From Candidatus Bathyarchaeota archaeon (GTDB lineage: Archaea > Thermoproteota > Bathyarchaeia > TCS64): a stretch of 64,000 bases of DNA. Position numbers and translations under genes: made by a program. Under the pieces are notes generated by a model. That model was given only the letters and a program-made list of their open reading frames with translations. It was not told the DNA's origin and did not search any database. Where the stretch lies: NCBI GenBank assembly GCA_963769425.1, contig CAVYLP010000003.1, positions 96,001 to 160,000 of the forward strand, given 5' to 3'. How positions within the stretch are numbered: position 1 is the first letter of the stretch; each line of letters starts with the position of its first letter. Shown piece by piece: positions 49,247 through 60,282 of this stretch.

Positions 49247-50787
49247 AAGTAGGTGTATTCAGCCCGAACGACGCCCGCCCTTGGGTCAGGGAGGACAACA
49301 TCGACCAGATGATCAACGCGGAGAAGCTCCTCGTCGACGCTCTGAAGAAGGAGAAGGTCGAGGTAGTCAGAGGCGGCGAGAAGCACGCGAAGATGGACCA
49401 GATTGCATGGAACACGCGGCTCGTGCAGGAGCACATAAAGCACATCGCAGCGGCGAAGCCAGAGACACTAATCATCAACCAGGGGAGCTGGACCTTCCCG
49501 TGGGACAGCGTCGACGCGGTGAAGCGCTTCGCCGCCGAGACGGGCGACGTCCCACGCGTGGTGATGTTCAGCCACAAGGACCCGACTGTCCCCGGACTCG
49601 TCGCCGGAATGGCGGCGGGTGGAGGACTAACCCGCATCGGCGTCCCATACAGCCACGTCTTCGGCGACATCAAGACGGACAAGACGGTCATCAAGCGTCT
49701 CATGGCGATCCTCGCCTTCAACGAGCGCCGAGCCGCTGAGGCGGAGACGGCAAAGAGGGTCATCACCGACCTCAAGGCGCAGAAGTACCTCGCTTTCGGC
49801 GGCATGAGCCTCAAGATGCCCACAACGACGGCAGACGTCGACCAGTGGCAGAAACTCTTCGGCGTAAGCTACGAGGACCTCGACCAGAGCGAGCTGTTAC
49901 GCAAGGCGCTCACTATGGTAGAGTGGAGCAGCAAACCCGGCGAGGGTAAGTACAAGATACTCGACCCGCGCCTCAAGAAGGCCGCCGACTACATTCAGAA
50001 GCACGGCAAGATCGACTACAGCCGCCCCAAGCTCAAGGAGTTCGCGAAGATGCTCCTCCAGCTAAGCCTCTACTACGCAGGGGAAGACATTGTGCAGGAG
50101 TACGCCGTCACCTTCGCGGGAATAAAGTGCCAGGATGAGCTCAGCGCACAGCACTGCACGGCGTGCCTCATGGCGGCCTACCTGAGCAATGACGTCGGAC
50201 CAGATGGGAAGCCCAAGAAGGTGATACCCGTCGCCTGCGAGAACGACATGGACTCCGCCCTCACCCAACTCATCATGCACCTTGCATCGGGCAAACCCGC
50301 CGGATTCGGCGACTTCCGCGACGTCGAGGGCAGCGTCCTATACATAGTCAACTGCGGCCAGCATCCCCCCTACTTCTTCGGGGGACCCGAGATGGACTCC
50401 GTGAAGAAGCTCGACAACGTCGAGTACATGGGGCAGGAGCTCTTCTACGACGCGGGCGGCAGCAGCGTCAGGGGCAGGACGCCGGGCGGTCATATCATGA
50501 CCGTCGCGCGCCTCGGGAGGGAGAATCTTCGCTACCACCTCGTCGCCAGCGTCACAGAGACGCTCCCCGTCGAGCCGGAGGAGCACGAGAAGTACAACCC
50601 TAGCTGGCCAATAATCAAGGCCAAGATACCCATGTCGGACGAGGAGATAATCAGCGTCTGGCCCTGCAACCACCTCGGCTTCGCCTACGGCGACCTCACT
50701 CCAGCGCTCGCCGAGATCGCGCACAGGCTCGACATCGGCTACACGATCTACGACGCCGACGGCAACAAGTACCACAAGCCGACGTGA
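49243..50787 (+). CDS. L-fucose/D-arabinose isomerase family protein
   Basis: D.RP, GIKCQDEL, ACENDMD, NCG, WPCNHLG. Confidence 0.8.
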   Translation: MKVGVFSPNDARPWVREDNIDQMINAEKLLVDALKKEKVEVVRGGEKHAKMDQIAWNTRLVQEHIKHIAAAKPETLIINQGSWTFPWDSVDAVKRFAAETGDVPRVVMFSHKDPTVPGLVAGMAAGGGLTRIGVPYSHVFGDIKTDKTVIKRLMAILAFNERRAAEAETAKRVITDLKAQKYLAFGGMSLKMPTTTADVDQWQKLFGVSYEDLDQSELLRKALTMVEWSSKPGEGKYKILDPRLKKAADYIQKHGKIDYSRPKLKEFAKMLLQLSLYYAGEDIVQEYAVTFAGIKCQDELSAQHCTACLMAAYLSNDVGPDGKPKKVIPVACENDMDSALTQLIMHLASGKPAGFGDFRDVEGSVLYIVNCGQHPPYFFGGPEMDSVKKLDNVEYMGQELFYDAGGSSVRGRTPGGHIMTVARLGRENLRYHLVASVTETLPVEPEEHEKYNPSWPIIKAKIPMSDEEIISVWPCNHLGFAYGDLTPALAEIAHRLDIGYTIYDADGNKYHKPT

Positions 50788-52322
50788 CCGCCTTGGCGTA
50801 CCTAGTAGGCACGGACATCGGCACCCTCGGGACGAAGACCGTCGTCGTCGACGCCGAGGGGCACATCAAGGGCTCATCCTTCCTCGAGTACGGGGTGCTG
50901 ACCCCCAAGCAGGGCTGGGCCGAGCAATGGCCCGACGTCTGGGAGAAGGCGGCTCAGGCCTCAATCAAGACGGCTATAGAGAAGGCTAATATCAACCCGA
51001 AAGAGATAGCCGGGGCAGCGATCAGTAGCCTATACGGTGGCAGCGGTATCCCACTCGACAAACATATGAAGCCTATCCGCCCCTGTATAATCTGGGCGGA
51101 CCGCAGAGCCACAGACGAGTGTAAGTGGCTGCGTGACAACCTCGGGGCAGACGCCCTCTTCAGAGTCACCGGAAACGTCATCGACCCCTACTACGGCTAC
51201 ACGAAGATGCTCTGGATAAAGAACCGGGAACCCGACAACTGGGCGAAGATACACAGGTTCGAGACACCGAACGCCTACGTCATCAGGGGGCTTACGGGGG
51301 AGGAGAGCGTCGACTACAGCAGCGCCGGCAACTATGGCGGCCTCTTCGACATTCACAAGCGAGACTGGTCGGAGAAGATGATGGGCGAGCTAGGCGTCCC
51401 GAGGGAGTTCTTCCCCGAGAAGATCATAAGTTCCGAGGACGTCGTCGGCGAGGTCACGGCGAAGGCGTCGAAATCGACGGGGCTCCTGAAGGGCACCCCT
51501 GTCTGCGCCGGGGGGATCGACGCGAGCGTCAGTGCACTGGCGGGGGGAGCCATAGAGGACGGCGACCTAGCCTCGATGCTCGGCACCAGCATGTGCAACG
51601 GCTTCATCAGCCACACCCCTCGCCTCTCCCCGAGGATGATCAACTTCCCCTACGTCGTCAAGGGGCGCCAGTACACCTACGGCTTCACGGGCATCGCCAC
51701 CGCGGGCTTCAGCGTTCGCTGGTTCAGGGACGAGCTCGGGCAGAAGGAGAAAGAGGCCGAGAAGGCAACTGGCGTCGACGCCTACAAGCAGCTAGACGAG
51801 CTCGCCGCCAAGGTGCCGATAGGGAGCGATGACCTCGTCTTCCTACCCCACCTCATGGTGGGCGAACGCGCCCCCTACTGGGACGAGCACCTCCGAGGCG
51901 GATTCCTCGGCCTCAGCGTCTACCACAGCCGGGGACACATGTTCCGCAGCGTACTCGAGGGCGTCGCGTACGCGATGAGATATAGCCTCGAGGCCGCGTG
52001 GGAGACCGGCTTAAGGGTGAATAGGGCGACCCTCGTCGACGGTGGCGCACGAAGCCCGCTCTGGCGTCAGATAATCGCCGACGTCACCGGCGTCCCTATG
52101 AGCTACATACCCGGCGCCCAGGGAGCCCCTCTTGGAGATGCTATCCTCGCCGGCCTCGGAACCGGGGTGATAACTGACCACAAGGTCATCGAGAAGTGGA
52201 TACCAGAGAAGGTCCCGATGAAGCCGATCCCCGAGAACGTCAAGGCTTACCAGCACTTCTACGAGCTGTACAAGATCAGCCTCGAGGCGAGCCGCCCACT
52301 CTTCAGGGAGATGGCTGGCTAG
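50784..52322 (+). CDS. FGGY carbohydrate kinase (pentulokinase-like)
   Basis: DIGT..TK, WADRR, GGID, GERAPYW, EGVA, GGARS..W.Q. Confidence 0.9.
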   Translation: MTALAYLVGTDIGTLGTKTVVVDAEGHIKGSSFLEYGVLTPKQGWAEQWPDVWEKAAQASIKTAIEKANINPKEIAGAAISSLYGGSGIPLDKHMKPIRPCIIWADRRATDECKWLRDNLGADALFRVTGNVIDPYYGYTKMLWIKNREPDNWAKIHRFETPNAYVIRGLTGEESVDYSSAGNYGGLFDIHKRDWSEKMMGELGVPREFFPEKIISSEDVVGEVTAKASKSTGLLKGTPVCAGGIDASVSALAGGAIEDGDLASMLGTSMCNGFISHTPRLSPRMINFPYVVKGRQYTYGFTGIATAGFSVRWFRDELGQKEKEAEKATGVDAYKQLDELAAKVPIGSDDLVFLPHLMVGERAPYWDEHLRGGFLGLSVYHSRGHMFRSVLEGVAYAMRYSLEAAWETGLRVNRATLVDGGARSPLWRQIIADVTGVPMSYIPGAQGAPLGDAILAGLGTGVITDHKVIEKWIPEKVPMKPIPENVKAYQHFYELYKISLEASRPLFREMAG

Positions 52323-52425
52323 ACCATCTCCAACCATAACCCTCTCGGATGATCCCTATTCATCTGGTGAATGGACTAAGAAATAGTCGCATACCTTGCT
52401 CTATTCCTCACCAAGCGTGAGAATC

Positions 52426-52650
52426 CTACCTTAGTCCCTCAAGCAGTTTTTTGAGGTACGAATAAAGTCTCTCCGTGAAGAGGATAGTACCTGCTAGAAG
52501 CCAGACCGTCGAATCCGCGACGTATAATATCCCAAAGCTCTCTGCTGAGTACACGACGTAGCTCCACGCATATTTTCCGCCGAGGATGAGGCAAACGACA
52601 CCTAGGAGGAGCTTGAATATCGAATACAGTAGCCGCTGCTCCTGGGCCAA
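52426..52650 (-). CDS. Small two-TM membrane protein
   Basis: 74-aa ORF with two hydrophobic segments. Confidence 0.45.
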   Translation of the reverse strand: MAQEQRLLYSIFKLLLGVVCLILGGKYAWSYVVYSAESFGILYVADSTVWLLAGTILFTERLYSYLKKLLEGLR

Positions 52651-52738
52651 GAATACGCCTCCAATGGAGAGCCTCCACTTGAAGTGGAATATGGAGTGTG
52701 TAACCTGAGAAGAGGTTTAGCGGTAAAAGTGGAGGCGT

Positions 52739-53437
52739 CTAGAGGATGACGCGCGCGTCGACCGCGCGTGCGCCCTTCTCGTAGACGAGGATGGGGTTCA
52801 TGTCAAGCTCCTTGATCTCGGGGCACTCCATGAGCATCTTGCTGACGGAGAGGAGGGTGTTCACGATGGTCTCCTTGTCCGCCTTGGCGGTCCCGCGGGG
52901 GCCGTCGAGCATCTTCTTCGCCTTGATCTCGTCGAGCATCTCCCACGCGTCGTCCTTCGTGATCGGGGCGAGGCGGAAGCTGACGTCCTTGAGTATCTCG
53001 ACGAAGATGCCTCCGAGGCCGAACATGATGGTGGGACCGAAGGTGGGGTCGACGGTCGAGCCGATGATGATCTCTGTGCCTTTGGGGGCCATCTCCTGTA
53101 CGAGGATGCCCTCGATGACGGCTGCTGGCACATTCTTCTTGATGTTGGAGATGATCTTCTGGTAGCCCTCCCTGATGCCTTTCTCGTCGTTGACCCCAAC
53201 GATTACGCCCCCGGCGTCGCTCTTGTGGAGGACCTGAGGGGAGACGATCTTTAGGACTATCGGGTAGCCGATCTTCTTCGCCGCAGCGACGGCTGCGTCC
53301 TCGGTCTTCGCCACCTCGATCTTTGTGATTGGTATGCCGTAGAGGCCGCAGAGCATCTTAGCCTCGTGCTCGAAGAGGAAGTTTCTGTTCTCGGCCTTGG
53401 CGATCTGGAATATCTTGTCGATCTGTGGGTCCCTCAT
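52739..53437 (-). CDS. acdB: Acetate--CoA ligase (ADP-forming) beta subunit
   Basis: GYPIVLKIVSP..LHKSDAGG, DPTFGP, FGLGG, ELDMNP, DARV. Confidence 0.9.
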   Translation of the reverse strand: MRDPQIDKIFQIAKAENRNFLFEHEAKMLCGLYGIPITKIEVAKTEDAAVAAAKKIGYPIVLKIVSPQVLHKSDAGGVIVGVNDEKGIREGYQKIISNIKKNVPAAVIEGILVQEMAPKGTEIIIGSTVDPTFGPTIMFGLGGIFVEILKDVSFRLAPITKDDAWEMLDEIKAKKMLDGPRGTAKADKETIVNTLLSVSKMLMECPEIKELDMNPILVYEKGARAVDARVIL

Positions 53438-53498
53438 GTGGGCAACCTTCCTGAACGGATATGGGGTACCCCTTCCCCTTTTAAAAATATGGGGTGGC

Positions 53499-54822
53499 TC
53501 ACCGGATGGTCTTCTCTGCCGCCTTGAGGCCCTGCTCGAAGAGGGCGAGTAGCTCGTCTAGTTCCTCGCGCTTGGCGCAGAGGGGAGGGCCGATTTGTAT
53601 GTGGTCGCCGGCGGTGCCATCGATGGTGCCCGCACCGGGGTAGACGATTAGTCCGCGGTCCCAGCACTCCTTGAAGACGCGCTGGTTGAAGCCGAGCTTG
53701 GGGTCGAGGGGCTCTTTCGTCTTCTTGTCCTTGACGAACTCGATTCCGGCGAAGAGGCCGAGTCCGCGCACGTCGCCGACGGTCGGGTGGTCATATAGCT
53801 CCTTGAGCCTCTTCATGAGGTATTTACCGCCCTTGGCTGATTTCTCGACGAGGTTGTGTTTCTGGATGTAGTCGAGGCAGGCTGAGCCCGCGGCGCAGCA
53901 TAGGGCGTGGTTGCCGTATGTGTGGCCGTGGGCGAATGGGCCCTTGAATGTCTCGTAGACCTTGTCGCTTGCTATGACGGCGCCGAGGGGGAGGTAGCCG
54001 CTGCTGATGCCCTTCGCGGCGGTCATGATGTCAGGCTCAACGTCCCAGTGTTCGATGCCCCAGTTCTTTCCGGTACGTCCGCAGCCGGTCATAACCTCGT
54101 CTGCGATGAAGAGGACGCCGTGTTGGTTGCATATCTCTCGGATGAGCTGGAAGTAGCCCTTAGGGGCTGGAACAGTTCCGAGGGTGGCGCCGACGACAGG
54201 CTCGGCGATAAAGGCGCTGACGTACTCGGGGCCGGTTGCCTTGATCATGGTATCTAGTGCCCGGGCGCATTCGAGGTCGCAGTGGTCTGGGGTTTTCGTG
54301 TATGGGCAGCGGTAGCAGTAGGCGGCGGGTATGTGCGGGAAGTCGATGAGCATGGGTGCGAATCGGCGCCTCCTCCCGATGTGGCCGCTCATGCTGAGTG
54401 AGCCGAGGGTGTTGCCGTGGTAGCTCTGCCATCTGGCGATGACCTTGTAGCGGGTCTTGTCCCCGTTCTCGAGGTGGTACTGGCGCGCCATCTTGGCGGC
54501 GGCTTCGGTTGCCTCGCTTCCGCCGTTGCAGAAGAAGTTGTGCTTGAGGGTGCCGGGGCTGAAGGTGGCGAGCTTCTCGCTGAGCTCCTTGACGGCGTCC
54601 GCGACGAAGAAGCCGCTGTAGGCGAAGCTGACGGCGTCCATCTGGCGCTTTGATGGAGGCGTTTACCTCGTTTACGCCGTAGCCTATGTTGACGCAGAGG
54701 GGTCCTCCGCTCCCGTCTAGGTACTTCTTGCCGTCGGAGTCCCAGATGTAGACTCCCTTGCCCTTGACGAGTGTCGGGGTCTCTCCCGCTGCCCTCGAGA
54801 ATAGGTTGTGGTCTCTCGGCAT
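53499..54822 (-). CDS. Class III aminotransferase (frameshift at about 54645)
   Basis: GSEATE, SYHG, DEVMTGCGRTG, AKGI, HGHTY. Confidence 0.85.
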
Positions 54823-55276
54823 GGTTGTTCTGTATTGTTTGTGTGTGGATGTTGGTTTAACACTAACGGGTGTCTGTGGCGTGCTACTGTGTATAACAAT
54901 TTTTATTTCTCTTCAGTGGCTTAAATGCCCATTTTGGGACATAATCAAGATAGTCGGCGCGTTATTTTAGCTTCTCCTGCTGGACGGGTCTGTTTTTAGG
55001 GATGGATGGGTTACCCACTCTCCACCTTTTTTTAATCCGATTTGGGGTACTAGAATGCGGAACAAGGGTTAAATGGTTTAAGTGGGTATTTTTACGCATA
55101 TTCGAGTCCAATCGGCGCGTTTTCTAAGCTCTTTTCGCTGGAAGAGGCTATTTTTTAGTTTGGATAGTTTACCTTACCCTACCTTTTTTGGGATTCGGCA
55201 CAGATTGGGCGCTCTTCTGGGGTAAGGTTGATAGGTACGATGTTCGTGTCTGCTGTCTTATTCGAGTTGGGTATGG

Positions 55277-56641
55277 ATGCTGCCGACCGCCGTCTTTTCC
55301 GTGGTCATCTTCGTCGGTACGCTGGTTTTGATGATCAAGCAGCCGAAGGGGATCAACCTGGGACTAGCCGCAGGGATCGGGGCGGCAGCGTCTCTTCTGC
55401 TCGGTACGGTCTCCGTCAGTGACGCCGTTGTGGCCTTCGGCAGCATCTGGGACGCTGCCCTCGCCTTCGTGGGAATAGTGACACTCTCCGTGACACTGGA
55501 CGTGATGGGCTTCTTTAAGTGGGCCGCGCTTAGGGTGGCGAGGCTAGCTAAGGGCAGCGGTGTGAAGCTCTACTTTTACATCGCCCTCCTCGCCGCAGCT
55601 GTCAGCATCCTCTTCGCAAACGACAGCGCCGTCCTCATCCTGACGCCCCTAGTGCTCGAGATTGTGCAGCAACTCAAACTGGAGATGAACGGTAAGATGG
55701 CATATCTCTTCGCTGCTGGGCTCATCGCTGACACGGCTGCGATGCCACTTATCACGAGTAACCCGGTGAACATCGTGAGCGCCGACTTTTTCGGTTACTC
55801 TTTTCTTGAGCACATGGTCTTCATGGCACCCATCGCCGTTGTCACAATTGCCCTCAGCCTCATCGTCGTCTTCCTCTACTTCCGTAACGCTATACCACGG
55901 AGCTACGACCCGGCACTCGTCGACACCCTCATAGTGGATGGTTCCGTTATTCAGCCTAGGCAGCTGAAGGTCAGCTTCGCGACACTATTCGTGATCGACG
56001 CGCTCTATGTAGTGGCGAGTCTGAGGGGAATACCCGTCAGTTTCGTGATCTTCGGGGGCGCCATGTTCCTACTAGGATTCTACGTCTTCACGATGCACCA
56101 CTCCCACATGCACGAGGAGGAGAAGCACGGCGTCACGTACATCCTGAGGCGAGTGAATTGGGACATCCTCGTCTTCATGGTAGGCATCCTGCTCGTGGTA
56201 CAGGGGCTAAAATCGGCTGGGGCGATCCAGTTCTATGCTGACGCCTTCGCCTGGTGCCTAACCCTCCCCTCCTTCCTCTCCACTCTAGTGCCAAGCCTCC
56301 TCGTGACGGTTAGTGCCAGCGCCATGAACAACTGGCCGATGACGATGCTGGGGCTCCTCAGCGTCCAGCAGTCAACCATAAGCCATGCGCTGACGGGGGC
56401 TGGGAGCACGGCCCTCATCTTCTCGAATATAATCGGGAACAACCTCGGCCCCCACTTCTTCCCCATAGGGAGCCTCGCTATTCTCATGTGGCTGAACACG
56501 ATGAAGCGGAAGGGGCTCAACATCAAGCTACGCGACTACCTCAGGGTAGGCTCGGTCCTATCAATCATTGAGGTGACGGCCGCCGCGGTCATACTCTGGG
56601 TCGAGATATACATCCTCCACTGGACCCTCGCGTTAGCCTAG
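55277..56641 (+). CDS. ArsB/NhaD-family membrane transporter
   Basis: FANDSA.LILTP, SNPVN, MNNWP, GSLA. Confidence 0.85.
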   Translation: MLPTAVFSVVIFVGTLVLMIKQPKGINLGLAAGIGAAASLLLGTVSVSDAVVAFGSIWDAALAFVGIVTLSVTLDVMGFFKWAALRVARLAKGSGVKLYFYIALLAAAVSILFANDSAVLILTPLVLEIVQQLKLEMNGKMAYLFAAGLIADTAAMPLITSNPVNIVSADFFGYSFLEHMVFMAPIAVVTIALSLIVVFLYFRNAIPRSYDPALVDTLIVDGSVIQPRQLKVSFATLFVIDALYVVASLRGIPVSFVIFGGAMFLLGFYVFTMHHSHMHEEEKHGVTYILRRVNWDILVFMVGILLVVQGLKSAGAIQFYADAFAWCLTLPSFLSTLVPSLLVTVSASAMNNWPMTMLGLLSVQQSTISHALTGAGSTALIFSNIIGNNLGPHFFPIGSLAILMWLNTMKRKGLNIKLRDYLRVGSVLSIIEVTAAAVILWVEIYILHWTLALA

Positions 56642-56723
56642 GGCGTGTAGGTAAACGATAAATAAACGTAAAAAAAAGTAGACCTGTGCGCAGCCTTCGA
56701 CCCATTCTAGCAGCTAGGCTGGT

Positions 56724-57398
56724 ATGACCATGGGTGTAAAGGACTACTTCCGGGGGCTGAGGACGAAGTACGGGTACTTGTCTTCCAACAAGTTGTTCAT
56801 TCTCGGGGAAATAGTGCTTGTCCTCCTCGTGAACATATTTCGATATGCCGAGCCGTTCGGGACCCTGCTGATAGGCTGGTTCTCCCTCTGGTTCAGGGGC
56901 AAAACTTGGAGGGACGTCGGCCTCACGAACCCCAAGAGCTGGAAGCGGACCCTACTTACCTCCGCGGTCCTAATCGTCGTCGTGATTATTTTCTCGCAGG
57001 TCGTCTCGTACCTCGTCTACGACGTCATCGGGCAGTTCCCAGACACGAGTACCTTCGACATCCTGAAGGGGAACTACTACCTGCTCGCCTTCTTCCTTAT
57101 TGTGGCAGTGTCATGGGCCGGGTTCCCGGAGGAGCTGGCATACAGGGCGTACTTCTTCAACAGGTTGACGGACCTCTTCGGGGAGAGCAAGGCAGGGTAC
57201 GTCCTCAGCGCCGTGGCCTCGTCCGCACTGTTCGGCTACGCCCACTTCTACGAGGGACTCAACGCGGTGATATCCATCGCCCTGCTGAGCCTACTCTTCA
57301 TCTCCATCTACCTGATGAGCAAGAAGAACATCTGGTCCCTGATTATAATCCACTCGGTCTACGACATCTTCGGCTTCATCGTCTTCTTCCTGAGCTAG
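56724..57398 (+). CDS. CPBP (CAAX/Abi) intramembrane protease
   Basis: EELAYR, F...H, H...D. Confidence 0.85.
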   Translation: MTMGVKDYFRGLRTKYGYLSSNKLFILGEIVLVLLVNIFRYAEPFGTLLIGWFSLWFRGKTWRDVGLTNPKSWKRTLLTSAVLIVVVIIFSQVVSYLVYDVIGQFPDTSTFDILKGNYYLLAFFLIVAVSWAGFPEELAYRAYFFNRLTDLFGESKAGYVLSAVASSALFGYAHFYEGLNAVISIALLSLLFISIYLMSKKNIWSLIIIHSVYDIFGFIVFFLS

Positions 57399-57712
57399 TA
57401 CTTCTGCTGAAACTGCGCGTCGGACATGGTGAGGAATCTAATCCCCTCAACGAGGCCCAGGACGGCGGGGATTATCGTCCAGAAGAAGAAGAGGTAGACG
57501 ATGCCCTGAGTGTACTCCTTCAGGTAGAACTTATGGCCCCCGAATATGCCGAGCATAACGGCGATCAGCCCTGCCGTGACCCTGTCCTTGTGCTCGACAT
57601 AGAGTAGGTTCCTGGCACCGCAGACGGGGCAGAACCTTGAGCCTTTGGGAAACTGAGCGCTGCAGTTGAGGCAGTAGACCTTTTCTTCAGCGACTGGCTC
57701 TCCCTGAGACAT
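57395..57712 (-). CDS. Zinc-ribbon + TM2/NINE domain membrane protein
   Basis: CLNC..FCPVCG, GIFGGHKFYL, FFWT. Confidence 0.85.
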   Translation of the reverse strand: MSQGEPVAEEKVYCLNCSAQFPKGSRFCPVCGARNLLYVEHKDRVTAGLIAVMLGIFGGHKFYLKEYTQGIVYLFFFWTIIPAVLGLVEGIRFLTMSDAQFQQKY

Positions 57713-57795
57713 CAATATTTCACTACGTTTTGGATGAATAAAATATCTTAGGGCAGCGGGCGTGACTTCGAGTCGGTGGTTAGGCAAAAGTAGGG

Positions 57796-58881
57796 TTAGA
57801 AGTACCTCTTCGCCCTGAGGTACTCGGCGGATTGGACCGCCCCGCCACCCGCGCCTTTGTCGAGGTTGTCGCTCGTGACGACGTAGGCTAGGCCGTTCTT
57901 GAAGACGGGGTCCTTCCTTAGCCGACCCACGAGGGTGACATCCCCGCCGTACTGTCTGTGTAGCTTAGGCTGTGGCATCTCGGGCTCGTCGAAGACCTTT
58001 ATCGTCTTCTCCGGCATCGAGGGGAGCTTTAGCTTCTGGGCCTCGCTCATGTAGCTCCTCATGGCCTCCTTCGCCTCCTCCGCGCTGCAGGGCTTCTTCG
58101 TGTCTACGTAGACGGCTTCAGTGTGCACTGTCTGGACGTGGACACGCGTGCAGGTGGCCCCGACGATTATGCCCGCGCCCTTGACTCCGTCACCCGACAG
58201 CTTGCCGAGTATCTTGTTCGTCTCCTTCTCCACCTTCCCCTCCTCCCCGTCGATGTAGGGGAGGACGTTCATCTCGACGCTCTTCCGGTAGGCGGAGTCG
58301 AGGCGCAGTCCCTTCTCGCCGGCCCCGCTGAGCGCCTGCTCCGAGACCACATGGATTGCGCGGACACCGTAAGAGTCCATGAGCGGCTTAAGGCTCACGA
58401 CGAGGCCGACGGTCGTGCAGTTCGGCCCCGGGCAGATGAAGCCCTCCCAGCCGCGTTTCTCCCTCTGCGTCTTGATCAGCTTTGCGTGCTTCGGGTTCAC
58501 GTCCGGCAACAGGATGGGCACATCAGGCTCGTATCGGTAGGCGGACGCCGTGCTTATCACGGGGACGTGCTCAGCGCAAACCTCGGCTCCTGTACCTTCG
58601 CCACATCGCTGGGCATCGCGCTGAAGGCGAGGTCGTATTCCTTCGGTGAAACCTTGTCTACGTTCAGCACCTTCATGGCGAGGACTTCGTCGCTGGGCGT
58701 CTTTTCGAAGAACCGGGCACCCTCTATCGCCTTCTCGTATGTCATCCCCGCCGACCTGCTCGACGCGGCGAGGGCTGACTAACTCGAACCAGGGATGGTT
58801 CGCAAGGGACTCGACAACGTTCTGACCGGCTGCGCCGGTCGCTCCGATTACTATTGCTCTCTGTTTCCTCATGTCATTCAC
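57796..58881 (-). CDS. asd: Aspartate-semialdehyde dehydrogenase (compensating frameshifts)
   Basis: GATGAAG, PNCTT, QALSGAG, CTRV, N..KGAGG; ORF 58557-58745 supplies the missing in-frame segment. Confidence 0.9.
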   Translation of the reverse strand: MNDMRKQRAIVIGATGAAGQNVVESLANHPWFELVSPRRVEQVGGDDIREGDRGCPVLRKDAQRRSPRHEGAERRQGFTEGIRPRLQRDAQRCGEGTGAEVCAEHVPVISTASAYRYEPDVPILLPDVNPKHAKLIKTQREKRGWEGFICPGPNCTTVGLVVSLKPLMDSYGVRAIHVVSEQALSGAGEKGLRLDSAYRKSVEMNVLPYIDGEEGKVEKETNKILGKLSGDGVKGAGIIVGATCTRVHVQTVHTEAVYVDTKKPCSAEEAKEAMRSYMSEAQKLKLPSMPEKTIKVFDEPEMPQPKLHRQYGGDVTLVGRLRKDPVFKNGLAYVVTSDNLDKGAGGGAVQSAEYLRAKRYF

Positions 58882-60282
58882 CCGAAGAACTCCTTGTAGA
58901 CCGCCGCGACCGCCAGTGGCACGTCGCCGTCGCTTACGCTGAATCTGATTATGTTCTCGCTGTTGGGCTGGGTCGCCTGCTCGATGTTCACGTCGTGCTC
59001 GGCAAGGGCGCCGGTGAGCCTGCTGAAGAAGCCCTTGACGCCCCGCATCTCTGACCCGATTACGCTAATGGTGCCCTTCGCCCCCTCGATGGGCTTGACC
59101 TCCATCGCGGATGGTAGTCCCCCGAGCGCTTTGAGTGCGACTTCCACGTCCTGCTTCGCGACGAGGAGGCTTATCTGGTAGCCCGAGGTGGACGCGTACC
59201 TGACATCGACACCCGCCGAGGCGAGGGCGCCGAAAAGCTCGGCGTAAACCTCGGTCGGTAGAACCGACTGGGTTGGCAGTATTCTAACACCGTAGAGGTT
59301 CCTCTGGAAACTCACGGCTTTGGGGTGGCCGCTGCCAGCCCCACCGTTTTCGGGGCCGATGACCGTCCCCTCGCCGCTGCTATCGATGCTCTTCAGCTGC
59401 AGCTTGATCCCGCCCCGCATTAGCGGGTCGAGGACCTTGAAGTGGACTATCTTCGTCCTCTCCTCCCGTGAGCAGCTCGGAGGCCTCGACGTAGCTGAGG
59501 TAGGGGATGAGCCCCGGCTTGGGGAGCTTCCCGACCTTGGACACCACCTCGGGTTTCTCCATCTCGGCGACGAACTTGGGGTCGAGGCTCATTATGCCCC
59601 CCTCGTCTACGAACTTGACGAGCCTCTTCACGCCGAGGCAATAGGCGAGGCACGCGGCGGTGTCGTCGGTGCCTCCGCGGCCGAAGATGGTTATGAGCCC
59701 CGAGCCGCTACGCCCCGCGAATCCAGCTATGACTGGGACAATGCCGTCCGCCACGCACGGCGCGAGAAGTTCCTCGACCCTGAGCCTGGTCCTGTCGAGG
59801 TTGACCGCCGCCTCCCTGTTGTTCTCGTCGGTGACGAGCAGGTCCTCCCCGTAGAAGCACCTGCTCCTGATGCCCCGCGCCTCGAGGTGGGCGGAGATGA
59901 GGCGCATGACGAAGTTCTCCCCCCTGCTAACCGTGTAGGCGTAGACGGAGTCCCCGAGCTCTCCCGAGGACCTCACGTAACTGAGGACGTGCTCGAGCTT
60001 CTCGAACTCCCTCCGTAGGGGTTCAGGGTCGGCGCCCGCTGGTAGGGAGGAGAGGTGCTCGGCCGCTAGGCCCTCGACGAAGGCCTCTCGGCTCGAACCC
60101 CGCCGTCCTGCACCTGGCTTAGCGCGTTTATGATCTTGTCCGTGACCCCCTTCATGGCGGAGACGACGCAGACCGGTAGGCTACCCGAGCCCATCTCGGA
60201 CTCGACGACGTCCGCTATCCTGCCCAGGTCCTCCTCGGCCCCGAAGAATGGAGCCACCTAGCTTCAATACGACGATGTCCAT
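58878..60282 (-). CDS. lysC: Aspartate kinase (multiple frameshifts)
   Basis: VLKLGGS, VVSAMKGVTD, GRGGTD, DP, LSY.EA.EL, C-terminal ACT domains. Confidence 0.85.

Noticed and set aside
54823-55276. Long T-rich divergent intergenic region (possible ncRNA or replication origin)
   Set aside because: No repeated ORB-like boxes, no cdc6 nearby and no recognisable RNA family.
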